Under the pieces are notes generated by a model. It was not told the origin of the DNA. It did not search any database and saw only the letters and a list, made by a program, of their open reading frames with translations. Shown here piece after piece: positions 11,079 to 20,964 of a DNA stretch of 64,000 nt. Where the stretch lies: the NCBI GenBank assembly GCA_964560525.1, contig CAZLLO010000001.1:78651-142650 (forward strand), written 5' to 3'. The DNA is from an uncultured Candidatus Saccharibacteria bacterium (lineage in GTDB: Bacteria > Patescibacteriota > Dojkabacteria > SC72). Numbering within the stretch: position 1 is the stretch's first letter; each line of letters starts with the position of its first letter. The position numbers and the translations under genes are program-made.

Positions 11079-12377
11079 CTACTTAAAAGTCGATATCGCA
11101 TTAGCACCTTTTGAGAGTCTATAAGATATGAAATAGCATATTACATAAACAATAGCGGTTGATAGCGACCATACCAAAAATCCTAGATATGCGTCCCCAG
11201 AGAAGAATCCAACTGTAAATCCGATGAGTAAAGAGGCAAGTTTCATTAATTCAAACCATATCTTGATCTGTTGCTTTTCAATAACATAAAGGACATCCGT
11301 GATTGGATCTACAACAAATCTAGTGAAATACATCAATGTAAATATTCTAATATATTGTCCTGCAGGTTCCCATTGTGCACCAAACACAAAGGGTACTAAC
11401 AATGGGGCAAATATGAATAATAATGCGAAAGGAATGATACCTATTAAGAAGAGTGTCTTACTCGTTTGTTTTACTACTTCTACACATGAGCCCTTTTCTC
11501 GATACTGTTCTGAAGCTTCTTGCTTTAAGACATCTCCAAAAGAAGAAGTCAAAAACCACACAGGAGATCCTAATATCTTATCTGAAAGCGAATAATACCC
11601 TGCAGAAACTGCACCAAAGACTTTGTTTAAAAATAGGTTAGGAGAAAGGAAAGTAAAATTCTTAAGCAAATCTGCAAATAATGAGAACTTTGGGAATTTT
11701 GAATATACTCTCATTAATTCGAATATCGATTCTTTTGTATTCTCCTTGAAAAACGGCAATATATCCTTACGCAACATTATTACAAAAAGGATTGTACCCG
11801 CTAAGTAGCTAGCTAAATATGAATACATCAAACCACCTTCAGTATATCCTAGAAATCCAGATCCTAATCTCGTGATTACAAGGAAACCTGCTTGTACTAT
11901 TATATTAATAGCTATCTCTTTGTATCTCTTTTCTCTAAGAAAATAGTAGAAAAATGCCTCATATACACCAATAAATAAAACACTAGCTGCCAATATCCAT
12001 AGATAGTTGTATAACAGAGAAATATTTAAGACTTTAAATATTGAATCTCCAAAGAATAAGAGAAGAATTACGAAAACAATTGTACTTAGGCATGTAAGTA
12101 AGATACTAATCCATACCAATTTCTTTGCTTTCTCTTGCTCTTTTGGAAGCATTATAGCTAAGCAATATCTTCCATTGGAAAGCATCGCTATAATAGAAAC
12201 AATCGTTACATAGGCACCAAAATATCCAAATTCTTCAGGTGAATATATTCTAGTAAACAATGGTGTTAGAAGAATAGGAACAGCTTGAGCAAAAAATCTC
12301 CCACTTAACATAATAGAGGTGTTTTTTCTTTCTGTTAGCTTGTTCTTAAGTTTTGCAAATATTGTTTTTATTTCCAT
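11079..12377 (-). CDS. wzx: Wzx-type oligosaccharide flippase
   Basis: TRIYSPEEFG; ~12 TM segments; FGAQWEPAG. Confidence 0.85.
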   Translation of the reverse strand: MEIKTIFAKLKNKLTERKNTSIMLSGRFFAQAVPILLTPLFTRIYSPEEFGYFGAYVTIVSIIAMLSNGRYCLAIMLPKEQEKAKKLVWISILLTCLSTIVFVILLLFFGDSIFKVLNISLLYNYLWILAASVLFIGVYEAFFYYFLREKRYKEIAINIIVQAGFLVITRLGSGFLGYTEGGLMYSYLASYLAGTILFVIMLRKDILPFFKENTKESIFELMRVYSKFPKFSLFADLLKNFTFLSPNLFLNKVFGAVSAGYYSLSDKILGSPVWFLTSSFGDVLKQEASEQYREKGSCVEVVKQTSKTLFLIGIIPFALLFIFAPLLVPFVFGAQWEPAGQYIRIFTLMYFTRFVVDPITDVLYVIEKQQIKIWFELMKLASLLIGFTVGFFSGDAYLGFLVWSLSTAIVYVICYFISYRLSKGANAISTFK

Positions 12378-14389
12378 AAGTATAGATTCAATTTAGTAAC
12401 TCCATAATAGTATCTATTTGGTATTATTATATACCTACAAAGAGGAATATCCTGAGAATGCCCATTCATTTTAAAAAATACATCCTCACTCCTATTACAG
12501 TGTACAAAATAATTGTTCTCAAACTCTACTGTTTGTAATTTCTCTAAACCCTTTAAATCCAATCCAGGATCAGCTGCAAGGATGTAAACATCATGATACT
12601 CTCGTTTCAAATTCTTAACTTCTGTATTTATCAAATCATTTTCTGAGGGTATCTGCACTATATCTACTCCTAAATAATATTTCAATGGAAAAATAATTTG
12701 GTTAAAAGCATCAAAATTACTATTTATTACCAATAAGACATCGTTTTCTGTAATCAAAGATTGCATCTGTTTTAACTCTGTGATTTTCAATCCCTCAGTA
12801 TTTCTTAACTGTAGTACAGAAAAGAAACAAGAATATATTATGCTAAGTACAAGGACTATGGAAATTAAGATCTTCTTCTTTTTTGTATTGAAAATATCAA
12901 CCAAATACAAAGATATTAAGATGATGCATAGTGGTATAAGTTCACCTAGTTGGTATCTTACATAGTAGTAATAGTATGGAATACCTTTTAGTATTCCCCA
13001 ACAATACACAGCAAATATAATTAAAAGAACTAAGAGAAGCGTAACTTTAATATCTTTTCCATATTTCTTTCTAAAATGAAAAATACTAAATGGGAGCAGA
13101 AGAAATAACGGAGGAGATATTAAAAGGAATGTTGCTAAGAAATTAAGCTGTTTAAAGTTTGAAAGACTTATATCTGAAAACAATGCATTATGGTTTGAGA
13201 TAAATGTAGTATAGATATATGAAATAGACTCATATCCTACTAACCCAATCAAAATACAAATTGCAAAGATAGAAATATATTTAAGATTCTTTTTAACAAA
13301 CGTCACAAGCATTTCTTTTATCCTTCCCTTTCTCAGCAACCATAATATCAGTATGTAAACAGCAAAAAAGAAAAGTAATATCCATACCAATTCAATTCCT
13401 AGAAATCGTTTGCCTATTATTAAATGAAAGAGCTCAGGGAGAAAAATAGCGTAGAAAACATACGATAAGGACAAGGAAGCTAACCATATACCACAATATG
13501 TAAATAGATATTTTCGAAGCTGATTATCTTTGTTAAATAGCATCAATACTAAAGGGATTAAAAGAATAACAGGAAGATACAATAATGCAGTCATTCTAGT
13601 GTAGAAGAGTACTGCTATAGTACATAAAGACATTACTAAATCTGAAACCTTTGTTTGCTTCTCCTTATACCCATTGTAGAATTTAATTAGGTAGTAAAAG
13701 GACAGTAAAAACAATGTCATCGAGATTATCTCTGTAAGAGGAACTCTTGAGAAATACACATGAGCAGGATTCACAGCTACTAATAAAGAGGCCAACAGTG
13801 CAACCTTTTTATTTTTTCCCGAAATCTCATACGCAAAGAGATATGTCGCAGCTATGGATAGTAAACTAAATACAGTAAGAATAGATGCCCTATTATCCGA
13901 GCCAAATAGCTGTCCACCTATTGCTAACCATGACGGCAATACAGGATAGAAAGGCATAACATACTCAGATGAAGCACTGTCTTTTAGTTTAATTCCCAAC
14001 AAGGTATTAGCTTCATCATACAGATTCTTCAGCTCATCAGGTAAAGATTTTCTTACGTTATCGACAATATACAAAGAATGATTTTCCTCATACTGTTTAG
14101 ACAAAGAGATATATGTACCCTGGTCTTGCCCACCTGTTAAGTATAAATTGGGATTTAGTCTAAACCCTACTCCTATAATTAAAACGATTAAAAATAACCA
14201 TGAGAATCTTGCATCTTTCCAAACAATTTTTATTTTTAATAGAGATAGTATTAATACTTCAAAAGGAATCGCTATTAACAATGAAATAAGTGGATAGAAT
14301 ACATTTAAGATTAAAAGCAATACATTGAGAATGCTTACCGTGCAGATATATACAATTAATATTTCAAAGACATTAATCTCTCTTCTCAT
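12368..14389 (-). CDS. GT-C fold membrane glycosyltransferase
   Basis: GQDQGTY loop, FYPVLP, SRVPLTE, YVRY; polytopic. Confidence 0.7.
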   Translation of the reverse strand: MRREINVFEILIVYICTVSILNVLLLILNVFYPLISLLIAIPFEVLILSLLKIKIVWKDARFSWLFLIVLIIGVGFRLNPNLYLTGGQDQGTYISLSKQYEENHSLYIVDNVRKSLPDELKNLYDEANTLLGIKLKDSASSEYVMPFYPVLPSWLAIGGQLFGSDNRASILTVFSLLSIAATYLFAYEISGKNKKVALLASLLVAVNPAHVYFSRVPLTEIISMTLFLLSFYYLIKFYNGYKEKQTKVSDLVMSLCTIAVLFYTRMTALLYLPVILLIPLVLMLFNKDNQLRKYLFTYCGIWLASLSLSYVFYAIFLPELFHLIIGKRFLGIELVWILLFFFAVYILILWLLRKGRIKEMLVTFVKKNLKYISIFAICILIGLVGYESISYIYTTFISNHNALFSDISLSNFKQLNFLATFLLISPPLFLLLPFSIFHFRKKYGKDIKVTLLLVLLIIFAVYCWGILKGIPYYYYYVRYQLGELIPLCIILISLYLVDIFNTKKKKILISIVLVLSIIYSCFFSVLQLRNTEGLKITELKQMQSLITENDVLLVINSNFDAFNQIIFPLKYYLGVDIVQIPSENDLINTEVKNLKREYHDVYILAADPGLDLKGLEKLQTVEFENNYFVHCNRSEDVFFKMNGHSQDIPLCRYIIIPNRYYYGVTKLNLYLWK

Positions 14390-15644
14390 ATATTGAATCT
14401 AATACTTTAATACCGTCACTCCAATCGTATCTTTCGACAACTTTCTTTCTACCATTCTCCCCTATCATTTTTCGTTTAACCTTATCTTCAAGAAGATCTT
14501 CTAAGGTTGAAGTTATCGAATCAATATCGTTAAAGTTCAACAGGTAACCGTCATTACCATCTGAAACAATTTCCGACAAAGCATCGTTCTTACATGCAAG
14601 TATAGGTTTACCATATGCCCAAGCTTCAAGGTATACAATACCAAATGAGTCCGTTTTAGAAATCATAGAAAAAATATCTCCAGCATCAAACAGGTCCCAC
14701 TTCTCCTCTTCTGATATATCATCTATATTCAATATATTATTTCGATATTTCTCCTCTACCCCTTCTAAGTACTGGTTGAAATCAGAGCTGTATTGCCCAC
14801 CAAAAACCAAATGACATTTTATTCCTTTATCCCAGATCTTTTTCATACTCTCTATTAGATTAATATCTCCTTTCTCAAAACTCTTTGAGCCAACTCGAAA
14901 AACAATTGGATATTTTAGATTATATTTCTCTCTAAATCTTTTCCCATCTCCATTCATTATTTTATCCACAAAAATACCCTGCCCTACAAGTACAAATTTA
15001 TCATCATCCAAGATAACTCCATTTGTATTACAAAATTCCTTAATTGTTTCTTTTTCCGCTAAGGTATTCAAGAAGATTTTACTTGCATACTGAAAGAATG
15101 GTACTGCAGTTTTCTTAAAATATTTTTTTCTGAGTGGATCCTTCTTGTTCTCTCCTGTATGAAAAGCTGGTGCGATTATGTATGGGATGTTATATTTTCT
15201 GGCAATCAAATAACCAACATAGAATAGAAAATAATATGGTGTAGCAGAAACTGTAATATATGCATAATCAGAAAAGTCAGTTTTATCTATAGCATCCAAC
15301 ATATCATATGAAGTCGGACATGATGCCAGGTTAGCTATTTTGAAATTAGGAAATCTATCAAATAATACTCTTACCGCCTTGTTAATATATCTATTTTTCA
15401 TAAACCCTTTTCCTACTGCAAACCTTCTTACATGTACTCCTTCAATATCTTCTTCTGGTTTTAAAACCTCATCACTACCTAGGTCCCATAAAGTTTCTGG
15501 TTTATATGCATTCGTAGTCCATATATTTACATCATATCCCAATTGTTTATGCTGATATTCAGAAAGAACTTTCATAAAAAGCTCTGCTCCTCCCTTTGCT
15601 GGATAGTATCTTTGTATGATATTTAGTACTTTGGTTTTACTCAT
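14373..15644 (-). CDS. Glycosyltransferase family 4
   Basis: YYPAKGGAE; DSFGIVYLEAWAYGKP. Confidence 0.9.
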   Translation of the reverse strand: MSKTKVLNIIQRYYPAKGGAELFMKVLSEYQHKQLGYDVNIWTTNAYKPETLWDLGSDEVLKPEEDIEGVHVRRFAVGKGFMKNRYINKAVRVLFDRFPNFKIANLASCPTSYDMLDAIDKTDFSDYAYITVSATPYYFLFYVGYLIARKYNIPYIIAPAFHTGENKKDPLRKKYFKKTAVPFFQYASKIFLNTLAEKETIKEFCNTNGVILDDDKFVLVGQGIFVDKIMNGDGKRFREKYNLKYPIVFRVGSKSFEKGDINLIESMKKIWDKGIKCHLVFGGQYSSDFNQYLEGVEEKYRNNILNIDDISEEEKWDLFDAGDIFSMISKTDSFGIVYLEAWAYGKPILACKNDALSEIVSDGNDGYLLNFNDIDSITSTLEDLLEDKVKRKMIGENGRKKVVERYDWSDGIKVLDSIYEKRD

Positions 15645-15741
15645 TTTCTTAATTGTAGATTCTAGAAATTATTATACCCTTTTCTACAAATGTCTGTACA
15701 AATTTGTTAGTATATATGTAGTAAATTATCATTTTTTTAAT

Positions 15742-16884
15742 ATGGTGATACATAGAAAGATATTGGGCTTTTTAATAGTGCCATTCTTGTTAATGGGACT
15801 TTCATTATTAGCTGCAAAACCTGTAGATGCAGCAGAGTTTCATTTCAAAGGATATACATTAGCACAGGATCAAACAGTGAATGATGATGTATATGTGTCA
15901 GGTGATACTGCAGATATCAAAGGTGTTATTAATGGTGACTTATTTGTATGTGCAGAGTCAGTTACAATCTCTGGCACAGTATCTGGTGATATCTATACCG
16001 TAGGTTCCAAGGTTACATTTGAGGGAAATAGTTATGGAAACGTATATATGTTAGGAAACAATCTAAACTTGGAAGGTAGTATTAAAGGAAATCTATACAC
16101 GATGGCAGCTATGATTAATTCCTCTGTTGCTGTAGAAAAAGATTTCACAAATATATCACAAGACGGGACACTAAAGGGTTCTGTTGCAGATGATACAAGA
16201 GTAATTGCGAATAATATCTCTATTGATACTGTAATTGGTGGAGATTTGATTTCGATAGCAAGAATAGATGATGTTGAGAAAGGAAATGTTTCAGGAAATA
16301 TATATAATTGGGGAACAATTAAAGGTTTAGCAAAAGCTCAAGGTGTTGATTTAGATGCTGAGAAACCAAATATTGAGGTTTCTACTTCTCAGAGAGTTTC
16401 CGCCAACTTATTGACAGGATTAATTAGCTTCATTGGATTAGGTTTAGCGGGATATTTCTTGATAACCCTAAGCCCTGTTAAAACTGGGAAGATTGTTTCT
16501 AAGATATCTGGTAGTGTTGGAGATTTCTTCAAGAGTCTAGGTATTGGCTTCTTAATAGCAGCATTAATTCCTATTCCTCTTCTCTTGCTTTTTGTCTCTA
16601 TATTTGGTACATATCTAGGATTATTAATCTCAGGATTGCTTCTATTCTTATGTGTCTTTGGAAGGATATGGACAGAAGTTGCACTTGGAAAAGAGATTCT
16701 TTCTCTTTGTAAAGTTAAAGGATACAGACCTTTTAAATCTTTACTTATTGGTAGAGTTATATCTGTAGCAATAGCTTTTGCACCTATTGTAGGCGCTATA
16801 TATTCCTTAGTACTAACACTAACCTCTCTTGGAGCATTTGTGAGGGTGAAGTTTGATTATTGGAATATTAGTAAAAAGAAATAG
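15742..16884 (+). CDS. Membrane protein with bactofilin-like beta-helix repeats (polymer-forming cytoskeletal family)
   Basis: Signal peptide; repeated I.G.v.GD/N units; C-terminal TM bundle; ATG at 15742 preferred. Confidence 0.65.
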   Translation: MVIHRKILGFLIVPFLLMGLSLLAAKPVDAAEFHFKGYTLAQDQTVNDDVYVSGDTADIKGVINGDLFVCAESVTISGTVSGDIYTVGSKVTFEGNSYGNVYMLGNNLNLEGSIKGNLYTMAAMINSSVAVEKDFTNISQDGTLKGSVADDTRVIANNISIDTVIGGDLISIARIDDVEKGNVSGNIYNWGTIKGLAKAQGVDLDAEKPNIEVSTSQRVSANLLTGLISFIGLGLAGYFLITLSPVKTGKIVSKISGSVGDFFKSLGIGFLIAALIPIPLLLLFVSIFGTYLGLLISGLLLFLCVFGRIWTEVALGKEILSLCKVKGYRPFKSLLIGRVISVAIAFAPIVGAIYSLVLTLTSLGAFVRVKFDYWNISKKK

Positions 16885-16920
16885 AAAGAAAAAGGGAAGC
16901 TTGGCTTCCCTTTCTTTTTT
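16885..16920. terminator. Bidirectional intrinsic terminator
   Basis: AAAGGGAAGC-TTG-GCTTCCCTTT flanked by A and T tracts, between convergent genes. Confidence 0.85.
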
Positions 16921-16940
16921 ATCCAAGTCTATTAGCTATT

Positions 16941-17699
16941 TTACTTAGCTAACATTTCATCGATAACTGCTTGGAATGAAGCATATGGATATGCACCTTC
17001 AATTAACTTTCCGTCAACATTTCCATTACTATCTAAGACTCCAACTACAAAACCTGGAGTACCAGAAACACCTGCATCACCACCTGCTTTGAAATCTGCA
17101 TCTACCCTATCCTTAAACTGTTTAGTTGAAACACAAGTATTGTATTTAGTAACATTCACACCTAGATCTTTTGCAATGGTATTTACAGCATCCATATCAG
17201 CTGCGAGATATGCCTTACTGTGGAATTCAGCCAACTTCTCACTACCCAGTTGGTCTAATACACATTCTCCCGCATATGCAGAGGTATATGTAATATCTCC
17301 GTGGAAACTTAGAGGATAGTTTCTAAATACGAAGATAATCTTACCTGTATCAACATAGTTTGTTCTAATTTGTCCTAAAGTCTCTTTCTCAAAAGTCTGA
17401 CAATAAGGACATTGATAATCACTGTACATAACTATAGCGACCTTTGCCTTACTCTTGTCTCCTAGAACAGCTCCCTCGCCAATTGTAGTTTTAGCACTAC
17501 CGAAGGTATCAGATCCCGTAGTATCTGTATTTGTAGTGTCACCCGTATCAGCCACTCCCTTTGTTGCTGCATTCTTATTTGCAAAAAATATACCTAATGC
17601 AATTATCACACCTGCAACTATTATCGCTATTGGTATCGCAAACGTATCCAGGTTTATTACAACCTCTTTGGACTCTTTTGTTTTTGTATCAGCCATCAT
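16941..17699 (-). CDS. DsbA-family thiol-disulfide oxidoreductase
   Basis: SDYQCPYC, GVSGTPGF, N-terminal TM. Confidence 0.9.
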   Translation of the reverse strand: MMADTKTKESKEVVINLDTFAIPIAIIVAGVIIALGIFFANKNAATKGVADTGDTTNTDTTGSDTFGSAKTTIGEGAVLGDKSKAKVAIVMYSDYQCPYCQTFEKETLGQIRTNYVDTGKIIFVFRNYPLSFHGDITYTSAYAGECVLDQLGSEKLAEFHSKAYLAADMDAVNTIAKDLGVNVTKYNTCVSTKQFKDRVDADFKAGGDAGVSGTPGFVVGVLDSNGNVDGKLIEGAYPYASFQAVIDEMLAK

Positions 17700-17770
17700 T
17701 TTAAACTTACAAATTAGGTAATTAAGTATTATACCATCTCATAGACAGAGGGTGTAAAAATATCTATAAT

Positions 17771-18625
17771 ATGTTTATGGAAAACAATGAAAAGAAAATA
17801 CATATCATGGATATTGTACTTTTCATAGTCTTTTTACTACTTCTAGCTTTTCCCGCATATCTTTGTTACCAGGTACTTGTGACTAACAACAAACCACAAG
17901 AGCAGGGAGACAACAATACTCCAGACCAAGATACAACTACACAAGAAACAACTCCTGAGGAAGTTGTAGTTGATAATGGGCCGCACTATACAGAATCTTT
18001 CGAGAAGATATCTGGCCAGATGGCATATATTGCAGTTCCAACAAAGATAGATACAAGTAACCCTCCTGCGATAATCCTGTATAGCCATGGCTCAAATACT
18101 CGTGTTACTTCAGATACCACGAATTCTTTCATAAAAGATCTGCAAAAATATGGAGAGCTATTTGCAAATAATAATTTCATATTCGCAGCATCAAATGAGC
18201 ATGATGAGAACTGGGGAAATACCGCTTCCATTAGTGATATGCTCAATCTACAACAATGGATAGAACAACGCTACACAACAAGTACTAAACTGTACTTGAT
18301 TGGATTTAGTATGGGTGGACTTCCAACTATGCATTTTACTTCAAAATATCCTGAGGACATCGTAAAGATAGCACTTCTAGCTCCAACGACAAGAACATAC
18401 GAATGGACTAAGACGGAAGTAGCAAAGATAAAGGATATTGATATTAAAATATGGCATGGCACAAGTGATGTAAATATTGGGATATCAAGTTCACGCAATT
18501 TTGTTAAATACATGAAGAATCTAGGAAAAGAAATTGCACTTGTTGAACTTCCAATGAAGACTCACTTTGATGTCGATGCCGAATATATGGATGAGATACT
18601 AACGTTCTTCCAGGCAGAGCTATAA
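17771..18625 (+). CDS. Membrane-anchored alpha/beta hydrolase
   Basis: GFSMGG nucleophile elbow, HGTSD, terminal His. Confidence 0.85.
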   Translation: MFMENNEKKIHIMDIVLFIVFLLLLAFPAYLCYQVLVTNNKPQEQGDNNTPDQDTTTQETTPEEVVVDNGPHYTESFEKISGQMAYIAVPTKIDTSNPPAIILYSHGSNTRVTSDTTNSFIKDLQKYGELFANNNFIFAASNEHDENWGNTASISDMLNLQQWIEQRYTTSTKLYLIGFSMGGLPTMHFTSKYPEDIVKIALLAPTTRTYEWTKTEVAKIKDIDIKIWHGTSDVNIGISSSRNFVKYMKNLGKEIALVELPMKTHFDVDAEYMDEILTFFQAEL

Positions 18626-19036
18626 TTTGAACTTGTTAGCAATTCTTTCACCTTCCTCTGCACAAAGCCTTCTGTTAGAGCTACTACTTTGCAATTCTCC
18701 AATCCCCTCCAAAGCCTTTTCCCAATCCTTATTATCTGAATTGTGAGGGACTATATGTACATGCGCGTGAGGAATCATCCTTCCAAAAGTCAGGGTATCT
18801 ACATATTTAAACCCCAAATCATTTCTAAAATGATTTGCTATCTTCTGAACTACTTTAAAATATCCAGAAATATCCTCTATATCCCAAACAAATTGAAAAT
18901 GTTTTTTAGGTATAACCAAAGTATGGCCCTCGGTAAAATTAGAGATGTCTAAGAAAGCAAGATAGTTATCATCCTCATATATCTTGTTACAAGGGATATC
19001 TCCATTAACTATTTTGCAAAAAATACAATCTTCCAT
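18620..19036 (-). CDS. HIT family nucleotide hydrolase
   Basis: MEDCIFCKI, GHTLVIPK, HAHVHI triad. Confidence 0.92.
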   Translation of the reverse strand: MEDCIFCKIVNGDIPCNKIYEDDNYLAFLDISNFTEGHTLVIPKKHFQFVWDIEDISGYFKVVQKIANHFRNDLGFKYVDTLTFGRMIPHAHVHIVPHNSDNKDWEKALEGIGELQSSSSNRRLCAEEGERIANKFKL

Positions 19037-19040
19037 ACAG

Positions 19041-19247
19041 TTATTCCTCAATAACAATTGCCATTGCAGGACATGCCATTGCAGCCTGTCTAACTTTCTC
19101 TTGTAACTCAGGAGCTGTAATATCTACACCCTGATACTCTGCTTTAACATCTACAACACCATCATCTCTCATTTCAAAAACTTCTGGGCATATTGCTACG
19201 CATGAGCCACAAACTGCACACTTTGTCTTGTCTATAGATACTTTCAT
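19041..19247 (-). CDS. Single-cluster ferredoxin
   Basis: CAVCGSC...CP and distal CPAMAI. Confidence 0.9.
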   Translation of the reverse strand: MKVSIDKTKCAVCGSCVAICPEVFEMRDDGVVDVKAEYQGVDITAPELQEKVRQAAMACPAMAIVIEE

Positions 19248-19286
19248 TAGAAATATATTTAAATATTAAATAGATAAAAGGATGTA

Positions 19287-19859
19287 CTAAAATTCCTCAT
19301 TCATTAAATAATAGAAACCCTGGGCATGACCACATGATGGACACTCCTTAGGAGGCTCTTTTCCTACATATACATAACCACATTCGGAGCAAACCCATAT
19401 AACCTCAGAATCTTTCTTAAATATAGTACCATCTGTTAACACTGTATGAAGTTTTGTATATCTTTCTGCATGATGACCCTCAGCAACAGCTATAGATTCT
19501 AATCGCTTAGCAATATCCTCATACCCCTCTTCTCTTGCAATCTTGGCAAATTCAGGATACATCTCTTTGTTCTCATGCATCTCTCCATCAATTGCAGCCT
19601 TAAGATTCTCTTGTGTAGTACCTAATATAAAATTAGCCTCAGCCTCTACTTTCAAACTATTATTCCCCTCTTTCAAAGTCTGAATCATTTTCATTAACCA
19701 ATTAGCATGTTCTCTTTCCTGATTAGCCGTCATTTCAAATATCTGTGATATCTGGATATAGCCCTCTTTCCTTGCAATACTAGAATAGAAAGTATATCTA
19801 TTTCTAGCTTGGCTTTCTCCAATAAATGCTTTTGTTAGATTTTCTAAGGTTTTTGACAT
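19287..19859 (-). CDS. rbr: Rubrerythrin
   Basis: AFIGESQARNRY, EREH, EGHH, C-terminal CxxC...CxxC rubredoxin domain. Confidence 0.95.
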   Translation of the reverse strand: MSKTLENLTKAFIGESQARNRYTFYSSIARKEGYIQISQIFEMTANQEREHANWLMKMIQTLKEGNNSLKVEAEANFILGTTQENLKAAIDGEMHENKEMYPEFAKIAREEGYEDIAKRLESIAVAEGHHAERYTKLHTVLTDGTIFKKDSEVIWVCSECGYVYVGKEPPKECPSCGHAQGFYYLMNEEF

Positions 19860-19947
19860 AGTATTTTCCTCATAAATTATTAATTCATTTTACAGAATTC
19901 TGAACAAGATATACACTGTTAATAGAATTAAATTGAAATCCCTTTCT

Positions 19948-20964
19948 ATGACTCCAACACCAAAGGCTCCTCTCTCGATATTAGCATGTCAATCTGGATT
20001 AAGTTTTGCAAAAAGAATAGAAAAGGAATTAAAGAAAAAACATGGAGAAGAGGTACACCTCATAGACTCAGAGGAAATGCATTTTGCTAGCACTGAGTTA
20101 AAAACAGTTATCAATGAAAGTATTCGTGGAAAAGATGTTTTCATAATTCAGGATTGTGAGAACCACTACGAGGGACAATGTACAGATCAAAATTTGCGCG
20201 CTTTATATACTATGGTAGATGCATGTAGAAGATGTGATGCAGAAAGAATTACCGCAGTGTTACCATCATATCCATATGCTAGACAGGATAAGCAATCAGG
20301 GCGAGAGGGTATAACTGCAGCTAGAATAGCGTATGAATTAGAAGGAGATGGTAGCGTTGATCATATAGTCACAATTGACTTGCATAACTCAGCAATACAG
20401 GGATTTTTCAGAAGAGCAAAGATCGATAATCTAATGGGAGGTTATGTTTTAGTTCCAGTATTAAAGAAGATGATTGAAGACAAGGAGAATACTGTCATAA
20501 TGCCTACTGATTTAGGTGGAGCAAAACGCGCTAATCACTATGCCCAAGCATTAAGAACAGATATTGCATTTACATACAAAGCTAGAAACTATTGCAAAGC
20601 CAATACCGTAGATAGTATCTCTATTCTTGGTAATGTTAAAGGAAAAGATGTATATATCGTTGATGATATGATATGCACAGGAGGAACACTAGTTAAAGCA
20701 TTGGAAGAAACTAAAAATATGGGTGCTAAAAAGGTCATAGCTGTATGTACTCATGCGCTATTTAATGGACCTGCAGTTGAGAGATTTCAGGAAGCATATG
20801 AGAAAGGATATCTAGATATGGTCGTTGGAACAGATAGTACATACCATTCGAGAGAATTTCTTAAATCTACACCATGGTTTAAAGAGGTCTCAATTGCAAG
20901 CTATTTTGCAGAAACCATAAGTAGGGTAAATCAAAGGAAATCCATAACTGACCTATTTGATTAA
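19948..20964 (+). CDS. prs: Ribose-phosphate pyrophosphokinase
   Basis: YPYARQDK, DLH, VDDMICTGGT. Confidence 0.95.
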   Translation: MTPTPKAPLSILACQSGLSFAKRIEKELKKKHGEEVHLIDSEEMHFASTELKTVINESIRGKDVFIIQDCENHYEGQCTDQNLRALYTMVDACRRCDAERITAVLPSYPYARQDKQSGREGITAARIAYELEGDGSVDHIVTIDLHNSAIQGFFRRAKIDNLMGGYVLVPVLKKMIEDKENTVIMPTDLGGAKRANHYAQALRTDIAFTYKARNYCKANTVDSISILGNVKGKDVYIVDDMICTGGTLVKALEETKNMGAKKVIAVCTHALFNGPAVERFQEAYEKGYLDMVVGTDSTYHSREFLKSTPWFKEVSIASYFAETISRVNQRKSITDLFD

